63,912 nt of DNA, filler included, from Octopus bimaculoides (GCF_001194135.2; 7 parts of 7 records of this genome joined end to end with filler, not necessarily neighbours in it); one strand, 5' to 3'; counted from the whole stretch's first letter, positions 12,201 through 26,817 are shown. Numbers and translations are program-made. Notes: generated by a model not told the origin, from the letters alone.

Positions 12201-13091
12201 ATACATACATACATTAATCTATGCATTAATATAGTATTGAGTTCTTTCTTACATGTGAAAAGGCCTTTCTTGTATCCCACGTAATTAATAAACACAGAAA
12301 TAGCAAAAAGAATCGAACAAAAGTTTTCAAAAAATACAAGAGAAATGTGATTAACAAGAGAAATGTGATTAACACCGTTTGTCACAATTCTCTTCGTATC
12401 ACTCACGTATCACTCACGTATCACTCACGCATTTACACTGTTTCACTCACTCACCCTCCCTCTCTCTCCCTCCTCGACTATCTCTCACGCCCTCACTCTC
12501 ACTCTCTCTCTCTCTCTCTCTCTATCCCTTTTTCGCTCTCTCTGTATGTTGTCTAAATTATGGTCTCGTGTTTGAACAGCCTTTAAGCGTCAAAGAAAAC
12601 ACTTTTATTACTTATGGTTGTGTGCGTATGTGTGTATTTGTGAGTGCGTGCGTGTCCATGTGTGAGTGGGTGTACNNNNNNNNNNNNNNNNNNNNNNNNN
12701 NNNNNNNNNNNNNNNNNNNNNNNNNNNNNNNNNNNNNNNNNNNNNNNNNNNNNNNNNNNNNNNNNNNNNNNNNNNNNNNNNNNNNNNNNNNNNNNNNNNN
12801 NNNNNNNNNNNNNNNNNNNNNNNNNNNNNNNNNNNNNNNNNNNNNNNNNNNNNNNNNNNNNNNNNNNNNNNNNNNNNNNNNNNNNNNNNNNNNNNNNNNN
12901 NNNNNNNNNNNNNNNNNNNNNNNNNNNNNNNNNNNNNNNNNNNNNNNNNNNNNNNNNNNNNNNNNNNNNNNNNNNNNNNNNNNNNNNNNNNNNNNNNNNN
13001 NNNNNNNNNNNNNNNNNNNNNNNNNNNNNNNNNNNNNNNNNNNNNNNNNNNNNNNNNNNNNNNNNNNNNNNNNNNNNNNNNNNNNNNNNNN

Positions 13092-13158
<67 letters not shown>

Positions 13159-13758
13159 TTCATTTTAACCACAGGAATATAAGCAGAAAAGGTTAATTCA
13201 AAATAAAGTTGTAGTTAACCTTTTCGATCACAAGACGTGTATACAAATCCAAGTGTATATGATATATAATGCATACACACACATTTCGTATGTGTGTGTG
13301 TGTGTGTATAAAGACATATTTGAGTCACATACATGTGGTATGTGTATGTTAGCGCCTTTATCTCAAGGTGTGCGCAAAACTGTTAGCTTATTACATTAGA
13401 AAGCACACATGCGCGTCAATTGCACTTTACGAATCATTCATTTATAACTCTTTGTTCATACATACTTATATACATACGTACTGCATATCTTTTATCATAT
13501 ATATATATATATATAAATATATAAGTGTATGTGTGTGTGTCTGTATGTATATATATATACATACACATACACGTTTACTTGCAGACAGGTATATCAGTAC
13601 AAATTATACAAACGCACTCAGACGCAAAAACATACGTACATACATACACACGCACATCCACACACAATTTGTACTTATGCTTATCTGTACTTGCTTTGTT
13701 TTTGTTTTTTGCGTGTTTCCCCGATGCGTATTTCTATACACGTTATTTCCGTGCTTAC

Positions 13759-13804
<46 letters not shown>

Positions 13805-13806
13805 CC

Positions 13807-13838
<32 letters not shown>

Positions 13839-13844
13839 CATCCG

Positions 13845-14525
13845 TACTAATTTTCGTGGGAGTTGAGGTCGATTACATCGTCTCCAGTGCTCAACTGGTA
13901 CTTATTTCATCAAGACCGAAAGAATGACAAGCAAAATCGACCTCGGTGGAACTTGAACCCAGAACGTAAAGATGACAAAATGCGGATATAATAATTTCAG
14001 GTTTTAACCCTCAAATCTGCCCTATCAAGTTCACAGAGAGATGAAATAACTGCAAATTGATGTACTAAAAGGCCTTACTCCATTTTCTTGTTTATAATTA
14101 TATATGTACCTATATACGCATGTGCGCATGTGTTTCTATGTATACATATATGAGTAAATGTAGATAGACAGAGAGATAGACAGATAGATAGATAGATAGA
14201 TAGATAGATAGGTAAGTAGGTAGATAGATAGATAGGTAGGTAGGTAGACAGATAGATAAACAGATAGAGGCATGCGAGTTTTTATTTCATTCAAAAGAGA
14301 AACGGATACTATTTTTAAAATTTTGGCTCAAGGCCAGCAATTTCGTGCGAGGGCATAAGTCGATTACATCGACCCCAGTGCTCTCATGTTATTTATTTCA
14401 TCGGTCCCCGAAGGAATGAGAAGCAAAGTCGAGCTCGTCGGAATTTGAACTCAGAACGTAAAGACAGACGAAACGTCGCTAAGTATTTGGTCCAGCATCG
14501 AAACGATTCGGCCAGCTCACCGCCC
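13845..14525 (-). mobile_element. Two SINE family A copies (~13845-13985 and ~14325-14525)
   Basis: Both carry GTCGATTACATCG...CAGTGCTC...AAAGTCGA(C/G)CTCG...GAATTTGAACTCAGAACGTAAAGA. Confidence 0.8.
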
Positions 14526-14971
14526 TAACGGAGACACTGATATTGAGAGACTCAAACGCACATACATGAAATCGTAGCTAAATACACACACACACACACA
14601 CACACATACACACATACACATACATAGACACGCGCACACATACACACACGCATGCATGCATCCATGTATACATATATTTGCACGTGAGTGCGTGTATGTA
14701 TATATATATGAACGTATACGTGTGTTAACGTGTGTTAATGTGTGTATATGTGTGTGTGTGTGAGTACCCGTCAATGTTTATATTTACACACGTCCTAAAA
14801 CTGTTGCCACTTACTTTTCGTGTATTTATATCCCGGAACTTCGTTGATCGACAAACAGACACTGATAAAATATATACCAAAATATAATATACATTGGAGA
14901 GGTGGGAGGGAGGGTATCATCGGCTTAATGCGATGCCCCAGGATGGCCTTAAACTGATGCCTGAAATCTGT

Positions 14972-15050
14972 GAAATAATAAAATAGTAATGAAATAATAA
15001 AATAGTAATGAAATAATAAAATAGTAATGAAATAATAAAATAGTAATGAA
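14972..15050. repeat. 19-bp minisatellite (GAAATAATAAAATAGTAAT) x4
   Basis: Four consecutive identical units read directly. Confidence 0.9.
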
Positions 15051-15085
15051 AGATAGATAGATAGATAGATTGATAGATAGATAGA

Positions 15086-15125
<40 letters not shown>

Positions 15126-15630
15126 TATATTCGTACGTAGAAACATGAGGGCGTGCGCCACATACACAAACACACTTGAAAATATATTTGATTTTCTTTA
15201 TCATTCATACGTATATATGTTTGCGTGTGCATGTATATATATATATATAAGCTGGTGAGGGTGGCTTCGTGTATGTAAATGTGTGTATATTTATGTATTA
15301 TATATATTATGTATATATGGATGAATAGGTATATAAATTAGTGAATGTATATATATATATATATATATATATANNNNNNNNNNNNNNNNNNNNNNNNNNN
15401 NNNNNNNNNNNNNNNNNNNNNNNNNNNNNNNNNNNNNNNNNNNNNNNNNNNNNNNNNNNNNNNNNNNNNNNNNNNNNNNNNNNNNNNNNNNNNNNNNNNN
15501 NNNNNNNNNNNNNNNNNNNNNNNNNNNNNNNNNNNNNNNNNNNNNNNNNNNNNNNNNNNNNNNNNNNNNNNNNNNNNTATATATATATATATATATATAT
15601 ATCCGCCAATCCATACATCTATTCCTCCAT

Positions 15631-15695
<65 letters not shown>

Positions 15696-15814
15696 GTAGA
15701 AAGAGAGATAGAAAGACAGATGCACGTGTGCTTAAACACTGATGCATCTATAGAAACATATATACACACACACAAATAAACACCTACATACATATATACA
15801 TACATACCTGATAA

Positions 15815-15852
<38 letters not shown>

Positions 15853-16520
15853 GTATATGTATATATATATGTATATATATGTATATGTATAATCTGAGCC
15901 ACGTGTATTTTGAATAGAACGACGGAGAGTTTGTGTAATAACAATATAATAATGAATGGGGGTGGAAAAAAATATATATGTGATTTGTGTCCACCAACCT
16001 GCTGGGATCCTAGTTGTGTTTCCAAACTGTGTGAAGTCTTTGAGATCTTTCACTGCAACACACTTGCCACCGGTAGCATTCAGTTTAATTCCAAATTCTT
16101 GCTTCGCTTTCAACCGATGGGAGCATGTTAGAAAGTCCTCTTCAAACATTAGCTTATGCATACATACATACATGTGGTAGCATACATTAGTATCCTACCT
16201 CTTCCTCTTCGCTGCACTACCTCCCCCAATTGTGGTGGCTACGTATACATACACACACACAGTCACACACATACACACATATATACACACGTATTTACAC
16301 GCGCACGCACACGCACGCCCTCACACACAGAAAAAGTGTATGCGCATACATACGTGTGTGTATATATATATTTGCACACATATATTTATGCGTGCATATT
16401 ATAATGCATATATGTATGTATGTATGTATGTATGTACACATGAGCGCGTGCGAACACACATAGGCACGCGCGCGCGCATACAAACACGCACACATAAAAC
16501 AGGCAATACACTTATAAACA

Positions 16521-16555
<35 letters not shown>

Positions 16556-16565
16556 NNNNNNNNNN

Positions 16566-16613
<48 letters not shown>

Positions 16614-17062
16614 CTATACAGATCATTAATTACTTATATATAAGGTAAAAAGAAAGAGTGAGGGAAAAATTTCGAGAGAGAGAGAAAGAAAAAGAAAGGA
16701 AAGACAAAGAGGAAAGAAAGGAGAAAGAAAAACGAAAAGGAGAGAGAGAGAGAGAGAGAAAAACAGAAAGAGAGAGAAGAAGCGAGAGAAGTGGTGAGAG
16801 TCAAAGGAAGAGTGGTGGTATGAGAAATAAAGTGACAGTGTGAGAGAGGAAGAAAAAGTAAAGGTGAGAGAGAGAGAGCGGGTAAAGAAGTGGGAAGTAG
16901 AGGGAGTAACTAAGTTAATGAATGACAGAGTGAGAGAGAGAGAGCAAGCATATATTTAGAGGTTTGTATGCGGAGTTTACAAATATCTGAATTAATATAC
17001 CAGTAGTTTCTCTTAAATTTCTCAATCACCGAACTGTATAGTATGACGGACTACTACTACTA

Positions 17063-17093
<31 letters not shown>

Positions 17094-17137
17094 NNNNNNN
17101 NNNNNNNNNNNNNNNNNNNNNNNNNNNNNNNNNNNNN

Positions 17138-17149
17138 TTAATTAATTAA
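17138..17149. other. Artificial gap linker TTAATTAATTAA; also at 27860, 42155, 51383, 57588 and 60752
   Basis: The same 12-mer is centred in runs of N (44 N + 12 + 44 N = 100 at the first site). It is palindromic and has stops in all six frames. Confidence 0.95.
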
Positions 17150-17412
17150 NNNNNNNNNNNNNNNNNNNNNNNNNNNNNNNNNNNNNNNNNNNNCGATCCA
17201 TAGGAATCGTCGATGTTAAAAATGTAAACTTCTCCTCAGGGAATGTATGGGAACCATCTTAAACGTAAGACATTATGATCGAGTATGGATCGCATAAATT
17301 GTAATTCTTCGAAACATATGTCGGAATAAAGTATGCAGTTATAACATGCGTTTACTCCATTCCTTAAATTTTTATATATATACATATACATATACATATA
17401 CACATACATATA

Positions 17413-17467
<55 letters not shown>

Positions 17468-17470
<3 letters not shown>

Positions 17471-17720
17471 AGCCTCAGGCCAACCAAAGCCTTGTTAGTG
17501 GATTCTGTACACAGAAATTGAAAGACTGTTGAATATGTATGTGTGTGTGTGTGTTTGTACCTCCACCATTTCTTGACAACTGATGTTCCCATAACTTAGC
17601 GGCAAAAGACACTGATAGAGTAAGTACTAGGCTTACAAAGAATAAATCCCGTGGTTGATTTACTTGACTAACGGTGGTGCCCCAACATGGCTACATTCAC
17701 ATGACTGAAACAAGTAAAGC
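17468..17720 (+). mobile_element. SINE family B, CpG-decayed copy
   Basis: Body as other B copies but with CG to TG/CA changes (CAACTGATG, CCCATAAC, GGTGGTGC, GGCTACA). Confidence 0.8.
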
Positions 17721-18351
17721 AATAAAAAAAACTATTCCATTTTAATCCCGAGCAAGACCAGGTGTCTCTGTTAGTAAATTCTAAAATCATTCCGAATCAA
17801 TGCCAATAAATAAGAAAAGAAAAAAATCTAGGGGTTCAAATCTGCTGTAAACATATAATAAGTATGTGATTCTGGACAGGATACTGTAGTCTATATTTCT
17901 CAGGTCCTTTGTCAGAAACAGATGTAATGTTGTCTAGAAATGCTAAAACACACTGATATCAGTCACATAACTGGTGCTAAGCACAAGATCTTTAAAGTCT
18001 CACAGGACATTTATTTTATATTCTTCAGTCTTATCTTGGACTGTGTTGGTAATGATCCTTTTTGCAATTATATATCAATTATGACTCAATAAGAGAAGGA
18101 AAAGCAGCACTGATGATTTTATTCAAGGGCTCTAAGATTGGTAAAAGGAAAAAGTTAGGCTCAAATTTAAATGCTGACAACACAGTATCCTCTAAAGACA
18201 TCTAAGAGTCAGATAGTTTAGTTAAAACAATCAACATATTAAGTTTATCAGCAAAACCTTCTTGAATGTATAACATACACACATACAAGTCAAACTTTTT
18301 TACTATGTTTCAACTCAGATCTAATGACTTGGATTTAAAGAAAGCCATTAA

Positions 18352-18571
18352 CCCTTAAGCATTTAAACTGCTCATAACTGGCCCAAATATTCTATGTATT
18401 TTATGCTAAAACCAACCAGATCTGACCTTTTGTACCTACCCTATAATGTCATTCTAAAAATATACAATCACATTACAGAAATCCTGATGTTTCAAGATAA
18501 TGAATGATTCATTCTAAACAATGTAAATAAATAAGCAATACATTTGACAAAGAAATCAGGATACTAATGGG
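18352..18571. mobile_element. piggyBac-like MITE
   Basis: TTAA|CCCTTAAGCATT...GATACTAATGGG|TTAA: TTAA on both sides, CCC/GGG termini and short imperfect TIRs. Confidence 0.6.
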
Positions 18572-18760
18572 TTAATTATAGTATTTGGTGGGTTAGTAGC
18601 AGCTCTGTCAGGAAGTTCTCAGCTAAAAACAGTTTCAACTTTACCTTGAACCAACAACAAAGCTACTAAATGGTCAATCTAGCAACTGGAAATAACAAAT
18701 AAATCTTCCTCAAATCTTTTTGAAGCATATTAAAAAAAAGAAAGGTCATATTCGACAATA

Positions 18761-19987
18761 CGAGGCCTGATCAATAAGTATCCGGACTGGTGCTATAAAA
18801 GTAAAACTACAACACATACCAATTTGGCATTTAATCTCCTTCAAAATGATCCCCTTTGGAAGTCACACACTTAATCCAGCACTGTTTCCATTGATGGAAG
18901 CATTCCTGGAACTCATTTTCTGAGATAATTAGCAGCTGCCTCATAGCATTCACTTTGATTTCTTCGACATCCTGAAATCTTCCTTTCAAGCGGAATTTGA
19001 TTTTTGGAAAGAGGAAAAAGTCGCAAGGGGTGAGATCTGGGGAATATGGTGGCTATAGTACCTGGGAAATGCTGTGCCTAGCAAAAAACTGCTACACAAG
19101 CTGCACTGAATGGGCAGGTGCATTGTCATGGTGCAATTGGCACTTACCAGATGCATGTAATTGTGGCTTTTCTGATGAATAGTATCCTGCAAACGCCACA
19201 AAACATCACGGTAGTACTCCTTGTTTAGTGTCTGACCAGGTGGAGCATACTTATGATGAACAATCCCCTTGTAGTCGAAGAAAACAGTCAACAGCATCTT
19301 CACATTGCTCTGACTCATTTGTGCTTTCTTCAGTCTTGGAGAGGTTGGAGTCTTCCACTGCAAAGACTGAGCCTTTGTTTCAGGGTCATAGCCACAGACC
19401 CACAATCCATCATCAGTTGTGACCGTTTTTGAAAAGTTTTTGTTGTTGTCGACACAATCAAGATCTTGTGCAACTGAAGCCAGAGTGTGTTTTTGATCAG
19501 CTGAAAGTAGTTTTAGCACAAACTTGGTAGACATACGTCTCATACCCAAATCTTCAGTGATAATGATTTCCCCTCACAGCTGCACCCACATCTGCGATGT
19601 TTTTCTGTTCTGTTGGTTGCAGGTTTCCCAGAATGTTTGTCAATGTCAACATTTTTTCAGCCATCTTGGAAACATCCGAACCACTCATACACTTCTCTCC
19701 ATACACTTTCTGCAACTTTGCGTAGGCCTCTGAGCAGGTATCGCCAAGTTTTTAGCAAAATTTGCTACAGATGCTCTGCTTAACTTTCTGTGTCATGGTC
19801 AATATGATCACATGCTACACACATTCCTTCCAAGAATTGCTGTAAACAGTGAAAGTGAGTTAGAATGTTAAAACTTAGTGCACATGCACAGCAGAGTTCA
19901 CGGTCAATCTGTGCCAAGCAGCTTTACTCCGAATGCTTTAGCTTTGTTACTATTGCGACAGTCAGGATACTTATTGATCAGACCATG
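18761..19987 (-). mobile_element. Near-full-length mariner (D,D34D), inactive; transposase relic ~18831-19796
   Basis: TIRs CGAGGCCTGATCAATAAGTATCCGGACTG match at 25/29, with TA on both flanks; 1227 bp. Motifs: WVCGYDPETKAQS, MLLTVFFDYKGIVHH, LHHDNAPAH, YSPDLTPCDFFLFPKIK, ending GDHFEGD*. Several stops and frameshifts. Confidence 0.95.
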
Positions 19988-20331
19988 TAGAGTTCTAAAT
20001 ATAAAAAAAGTTTACTTTAAAAAGCCAGAAACCTTTTACAAAAAATAGTAAGGTTCAAATTAAGGGAAATTTGTATGCTATTTCTAGAAACTAAAGAGAT
20101 TTTGTCATTTTTTTAGTCCCAGGTCAACATTGACCAAGCAGACGTTTCAACCACAGCCACTTCCCTACAGAACTCACCCAATACAATACTAGGTTTATAC
20201 TCCTTCGACATTGTTGACTGAACCAAATTTATTCAACCATCTCCATTTACAGATGCCCCCCACCATCACTAAAAATTTACCAGTAATAGGTTTCTAGGGA
20301 TTATGGGATAGGCTTCTTTTCAGACACAACA

Positions 20332-20437
<106 letters not shown>

Positions 20438-21717
20438 TAGACAGAGAGAGTTGCTCCTGATTCACAGCTGAATAATTAAAAGTAGGAAGTCCACCATTTA
20501 TGCAAATATTCGAAACTTGAAGATAGTAAATAAGTAAATAAAATGTATCCACCGATGCTAGTGTGGCAAACTGGATGTAAAAATACAAAAAAGCTTGATA
20601 ATTTAAAAAGCTAAATCACTGCCAAACATCACACTTTGTTAAAATATTTGAAGATTCCATGACATAAAGATCAAAGTTCTAGATTTTTTTATATTTAAAG
20701 CAGAAAGCAAGGAATGTTCTTTTGCATTCTGAGCCAGTGAGTTCTACTCATGCATGTGGTAAAATAAACAAAACTTGGATATCAAATGAAATTGACCTGA
20801 CTGGAACCAATTATTTGGGGCATTCTTTTTTGCTTCCCTCCCATTGTTCTGATGAATACAAGATAAGGTCTGTTATTGATTTTTTTGTGTTAGGTTCTCT
20901 TCAGAGAGAGTAAGTTGTTTTTCCAGTACAGATACTGCTGCAATAAACTGCACTGCAGTGGTAACCAAAGAAAGAATACATTAATGAATAAAAATAAAAA
21001 ATGATTCAGGCCAAGAGTTTTTCACAAAAAGATTTTTCATATGACACCAGAACAATAACAAGAAATGAAGAAAGGAAAAGCCAACAATGGATAAATAACT
21101 ATAGTTTGTTTTCAACTATGCATAAAGGTCTGTAGTGTAAGTCAGAAATTAAGAGAATTTTGTGATATTCATACTTTCCCAAAGACATTAACAAATGAAG
21201 CAGAATCTCATAATCTATTTATAAAGTTATAGTTTTTTAACTGAACATGAAAGCATCAAGATTATAAGAAGGCGGATTAAAGAGATGTGAAGTTGTAACA
21301 TTTTCACTCACTCTGCTGTCACCCACATTGTGTCCACTTCCACTCCATACACACATCATCCACTACACTTGGTCCTTCTTTCCCAGAATATTATCCCTGG
21401 AGTTCTCTCCTTGCCCAGTTTTTTTCCTGCAGAAGTAACATCAACCATCTTAACCTCATCAGTCTCAGAAAGCAAACAAAGGCTATGTGCTCAGATCATA
21501 CCATTAAAAGACACTAAAAAGAAGAATTACTATTGTCAGTGAAGAGAAGTGATTTCAACTAATGTGTTGCAGATTCCAGTGACAATCTATTTCTTGTTCT
21601 GCAGCACTCACTACAGTAATAATAGACAGCTTGTTATGCAGGTGTGAATAGCTTCAGATTTATAGCAGGAGTTAGAAAGAGAAATGAAAAGTTGTGATCT
21701 TAATGCTTTTCCAACTA

Positions 21718-22373
21718 TGAGGGGAAGTCAAAAATTTTCCGCACTTTCACCATAACATATCTTTATCATTGTCACACTGCCTTCTGTGCATGCATGCTTA
21801 TAATTGGTACTATTGTGGTCATGTGATCAAAGTCTGATTGCACCATTTTTCTTTTTCGCTTTACAGTGTAAGTATGGCCACTCTATTAGCAATGTGCACC
21901 AAAGAAGAATAAAGAGCAGTGATCTAATTTCTCTGGTTGGAAGGTGTGTCAGGAGCTGAAATTCCTCAGAGGCTTGTAGCACAATATGGGGACAGTGCAC
22001 TACTATGTAGAAGTGTGTATGAGTGAATTGAGAAGTTTAAAAGTGGATGGACAAACGTGACGCACAAAGACGGAGCAGGACATCTGTCAATCTCCACCAC
22101 TGATGAAAAGATTCAGCAAGCTCGAGAGATGGTAATGGTGAACTGGTTCACCAGTTCATCATTACCATCTCTATGTTCTTCTTTAGTGTATATTGCTAGT
22201 GAAGCAGTCATGCTTACACTGTAAAGCAAGAAAGAAAAATGGCGCGATCAGGCTCAAACTTTAATCACGTGACCACAATAGTACCAACTATAAGCACGCA
22301 TGCTCAGAAGGCGGTGTGACAATAATAAAAATATGTTATGGCAAAAGTGTAGATAATTTTTGACTTCCCCTCA
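21718..22373 (+). mobile_element. Non-autonomous mariner with two 5' ends (long inverted arms) and central hairpin
   Basis: TA|TGAGGGGAAGTCAAAAATT...AATTTTTGACTTCCCCTCA|TA. Arms of ~190 bp (21718-21908 and 22176-22373). From 21874 an N-terminal HTH relic reads MATLLAMCTKEE*RAVI*FLWLEGVSGAEI...SVYE*IEKFKSG. Confidence 0.9.
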
Positions 22374-23448
22374 TATTTTAGCAACATAAACCGCTCACTG
22401 AATCACTTCAAGAGAATGTATTATCAAGTAATTACATATTACTTATCTTATTTAAGTCTTACACAACAATTTAACATGGAATTACATGACCCAGTAAAAA
22501 GGGTAACCTCTAACTGAAGAATTTTGAAACCTAAATCTTTGAGTAGCACACTCACGTTAACCAATACCAAATGTTTCATTCATACTACAGTTCAACTCAA
22601 GTGTAACTGACAAAGACTACTCAACAATAACAATAAAATTCTTTTCTGCATATTAATGGTAAAATGAAGCAGTGGTTGGCAGAAGGAATGGTGTCTCTTT
22701 CTCAGTCTTCTAAATACATCTGTTTCTGCAATAACTAGCAGTTCTTCAATGTGAGTACATCTATCTTTCTCTGAAGTTGTTATTTAGCTTTAAGTCAACC
22801 CTGATTGAAAACACCTATGATCAAAAACCATTCTTGTTGTGACCATTTCATCTGTTTTCTCAGTCAGTAATTCTAAAACTATATTATCTAATGTGCCTCT
22901 TTTTAATTCCTTCTAATGTTAATTTGTAACTATGGTACAAGGCCTTACTTTGGAAGGAAACTGTACAATTGACTGAAATGTCCTAAAGCAGGTTGTTGGT
23001 ATTTTTCTAGTCCCAAAAGGATGGAAGGCAAATCAACCTTAGCAAGATCTGAAACCTAAATGTAAAAGAACCATCCAAAATATCTCAAGGCATTTAGTCC
23101 AACATTCTACCACTTCTGCACCCCTTCAAACATTGATACAAGCATCATTATCACCATTAAGTTCCTTTAACTGGTACAGACAGTCCTTGGGGTGCCACTT
23201 TAGGTGCTTTTGTTGTCCCTCTTCTCTGTCATGCATAACAGGCAGGAGAAAATATCTTCTACTAATGGCTCCAAGCCAGTCAATGCCTTGTAAGTGAATT
23301 TGATAGACAGAAGCTAAAAGAAATCCTGCGTGTATGTATCTCCATGCTTTGAAATCATACGATAGTTGTAAAGGCTTGTCACCACCATACAAACAGTGTC
23401 CTTTTGTTTCCAAACTCTCATGGAAACATGTCCAACAATAGATACATA

Positions 23449-24736
23449 TTGGGTCATCCCATAAATAATGCGGAGTTTTTTATACTTTTTTTATTTTTCA
23501 AAATTAAGATAAACAAAATTCTTTTTTAATCTAAAATATACTCTCCTTCATTTTCTACAAAGCTCTTCCATTGATCTGGTAGACTTTCAAGGTCCCTCTT
23601 CCAAAATTCACTTGTCCATGGTGAAAAATACTCCTCCACTACTGTTCTGACCTCATCTGCAGAATTCATATTTTTTCCATCCAAATGATTTTGAAGACTG
23701 CAGAATAAATGATAATCAGATGGGGCAATGTCCAGCGAATATGGTCGGTGGGACATCATTTCCCATTCAAACTACTCCAGCCTTTGGAATGTCATCCTTG
23801 CTGTTTGTAGCTGAGCATTATCCTGATGGAAGAACACCTTTCATCTTGAAACCAAAGACAGTCGTTTTTCTTCTAATGCTGACTTAAGCTGCTTGCAGTA
23901 GATCCTTTGTTATCATTTAGTTTGGGTTTAGAAGTTCGAAGTAGACTAAACCTTCCATATACCACCAAACAGATAACAACCCCTCACGTAGGTGAAGACC
24001 TTCTTTAGCCTGGGATGCTGGTTTTTCTCCTTTCCCTACCCACAATCTTCAGCACTTGATATTTTTATAGAGAACCCATTTCTTGTCACCAGTCACTATT
24101 CAGTCCAAAAAGGTTCATTCATGAGATGTGACAGTATAGAGGAGCATACATTCACCCTCTGCACGCTATTAGACTCAGAACATTTGTGAGGAAACCATTG
24201 ACCCAACTTGCTGACTTTTCCAATGGCACGCAAGTTGTAATAAATGGTTGAATGACCCAATCCAAGCCTCTCTGCTAGTTCCTCAAGTTACGATGGGATT
24301 TTGTTCCACCAGGGTTTGCAGGACATCCTCGTCAAGCTCTACAGATCTTCCAGGATGAGGCTCGTTTTCTAGGCTGTAGTTTCCAGCTCAGAATTTCTGG
24401 AACCACTGCTAACATTGGTTTACGCTTATTGTCCGATCCCCATATACTGCATTAATATTCGTCACACTTTCCATTGCATTGTTGCCTTTATTGAACTCAT
24501 AAAACAAAATATACTGAATATTCTCTTTTGTCACTTCCATTATAGCTTTGAAAAAATAACTGTTAAAATGTCCTAAATGCACTCTTCAAAACTTGCACTA
24601 GGAATAAATTTTAAAAAAAATAGAAGGTAAACCTACCTGCTTTTATAGCAAGTTAATGCAGGTAGTTTATCCTGCCGGCTTCCAACTTTTAGTTCATGTA
24701 ATTGAAGAAAAACGTATTATTTTTGAGATGACCCAA
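23449..24736 (-). mobile_element. Near-full-length mariner (Hsmar1/cecropia-like), inactive; transposase relic ~23526-24540
   Basis: TIRs TTGGGTCATCCCATAAATAATGCG match at 21/24, with TA flanks; 1288 bp. Starts MEVTKENIQYILFYEFNKGNNA; contains FHQDNA and RPYSLDIAPSDYHLF; ends NEGEYILD*. Confidence 0.95.
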
Positions 24737-25184
24737 TATTATCTTACTGGCTGAGGGTTCCAGATAGGAAGAGCATGTGGATATAGAAAATCTGCCTCAA
24801 CAAATTCCTTCTGACTCATACAAGTATGAAAAGTGAAAATTACAATGATGATAAATATACATATAATCTACAGCTTCCCATCACAACAGCAACATCACCA
24901 CCAACAACAACACCACCAAATGTACCAATGCCACAAACCAACAAGGGAGCCTCCACAGTCACTCAATATGCTACCCACCAAATCACCTTTAATTTATACC
25001 ATCCTGTCTTTAAAAAACTTGATGATCGAAGTTAAAATACCTTTGACCAAAGGTTTGCTCAACTACAGCACTGTTACTACTACCTTGTTGTTGTCAACAT
25101 ATATATACATATGCATGTGTATGTATATGTGTGTATATATATGTGGAAAACCACTATAACACAGAAAAATGAATCACAACTCAT

Positions 25185-26240
25185 TAAAACCTACCCTATG
25201 CCCATAAGAAGAGGGATTTTCCAAGGAGACTTGCTGTCACCTCTGCTTTTCTGCCTTGCTTTGATTCCCCTAATAAAATTGTAAAATGAAACTACCACTG
25301 GTTATAGATACTATGGACAAACAATAAACCATCTCCCATATATGGATGATTTAAGCATTTTCATTAAAAATACCACAGAACAGAAAAACCTTCTAAAATT
25401 TGTCCATAGTTTCACCAAGGACATTAGGATGAGCATGGAGCTGGACAAATGTGCCAAAGTGACACTGAGAAGAGGCAAATTAATCAGCACTAAAAACACT
25501 GCACTCAACATAGACACAAAAATCCCAGAATTAGATCACAATTGCCAATAAAAATATCTAGGAATAGATGAAACAGCTAAAATACATCACACAGGAATGA
25601 AAGGGAAAATTAGAAGAGAGTATTACAGAAGAGTTAGATTAATATTAAACACTGAACTCAATGCTAAAAATAAGATAATAGGGATAAACACACTAACCAT
25701 ACCAGTTATAAATTACAGTTTTAACATAATAAACTGGAAGATCAGTGAACTGAAAAACTATAGAAAAATCAGAAAATTATTAACAGCATACAGAAGTCAC
25801 CACCCTAAAGTTTACACAGACAGAATATATCTACCCCACTGAAAAGGAGACTGTGACCAAACATAGAAAAAGAACTACTATAAAATAACAACGGTTAGAC
25901 TAGAAAAGTACTTAGAAACAAAAAGTGAAAGACGTAATAAAGCAACATGAGAAAAATAACATGCTTTTCTCTATACACAAGGAAGCAACAAAATACAAAA
26001 CAGAAACAAACTACACTGATACACTGACCTCAGATGACAACATAGCAAAAATGGCCAAAGAGACAAAAAACAACATGAAAACAGAACTACAAAACATACT
26101 AAAGAAGAAATGGAGAGAAAAATCACTCCATATTCAATACCCTGCAAGGCTTGACAGAGAAGAGTGAGCCTAAGTAAAAGCTAACAATAGCTCAAAAGCC
26201 CTAGGCTAAAAACGGAAGGACTGATTCTCACTGTACAAAC
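25185..26240 (+). mobile_element. R4/Dong-type reverse transcriptase relic (RT core to thumb)
   Basis: RRGIFQGDLLSPLLFCLAL, INHLPYMDDL, ELDKCAKV, KYLGID, REYYRRVRLILNTELNAKNKIIGINTLTIPVINYSF, HHPKVYTDRIYLP. Frameshifted. Confidence 0.9.
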
Positions 26241-26817
26241 ATTAAATAATAATAATAAACTTTACCAAACATTAAATAATAATAATAATCTTTTCCAGCA
26301 TAATTACAAAATTACAAATCTTATAGAAGAGAACAGGTGATTAATTCAGCTTATTATTTAACAGGTACTCCTTTTATTAATTCCTGAAGAACAAAAAAAA
26401 AAAAAATTACATTGGCAGGATTTGAATTCAGAATATAAAAGGATATGACTAAAACCTAAAAAGTAGAAAGAAGCCTGATTTTTTAAAAAAACAGCTAATA
26501 AAGAATATTTTAACTTTTGTGCATGAACAGACCTCTAGCTTCATGGTTTTGCCACAAGACTAACAATTTACCTAAATATCTTGTATTCACATGAATGGCT
26601 TCCCTTGAAGCCAATTTCTTCGATAAACCTATTTTATAATATATACTTTTATATATTTTTCACATTCTTTGAAATTTTGTTTTTTATATATTTTGACTTT
26701 AATGTATTTATCTACTGTTTCTTTCTCTGAATTTGTATTTTGGACCACCATGAATTGTTCTGAAGATTAATCTGTTAGTTTACTTCTCAGCACACTTTAC
26801 ATATGGGTGTACATATA

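Noticed and set aside
20893-20914. Possible plus-strand micro-exon (TTAG|GTTCTCTTCAGAGAGA|GTAAGT)
   Set aside because: Splice-like motifs alone are too common to support a call without transcript data.
24826-25120. T/P-rich ORF upstream of the R4/Dong RT relic
   Set aside because: Low complexity with no recognisable motif; it cannot be assigned to the element or to a gene.
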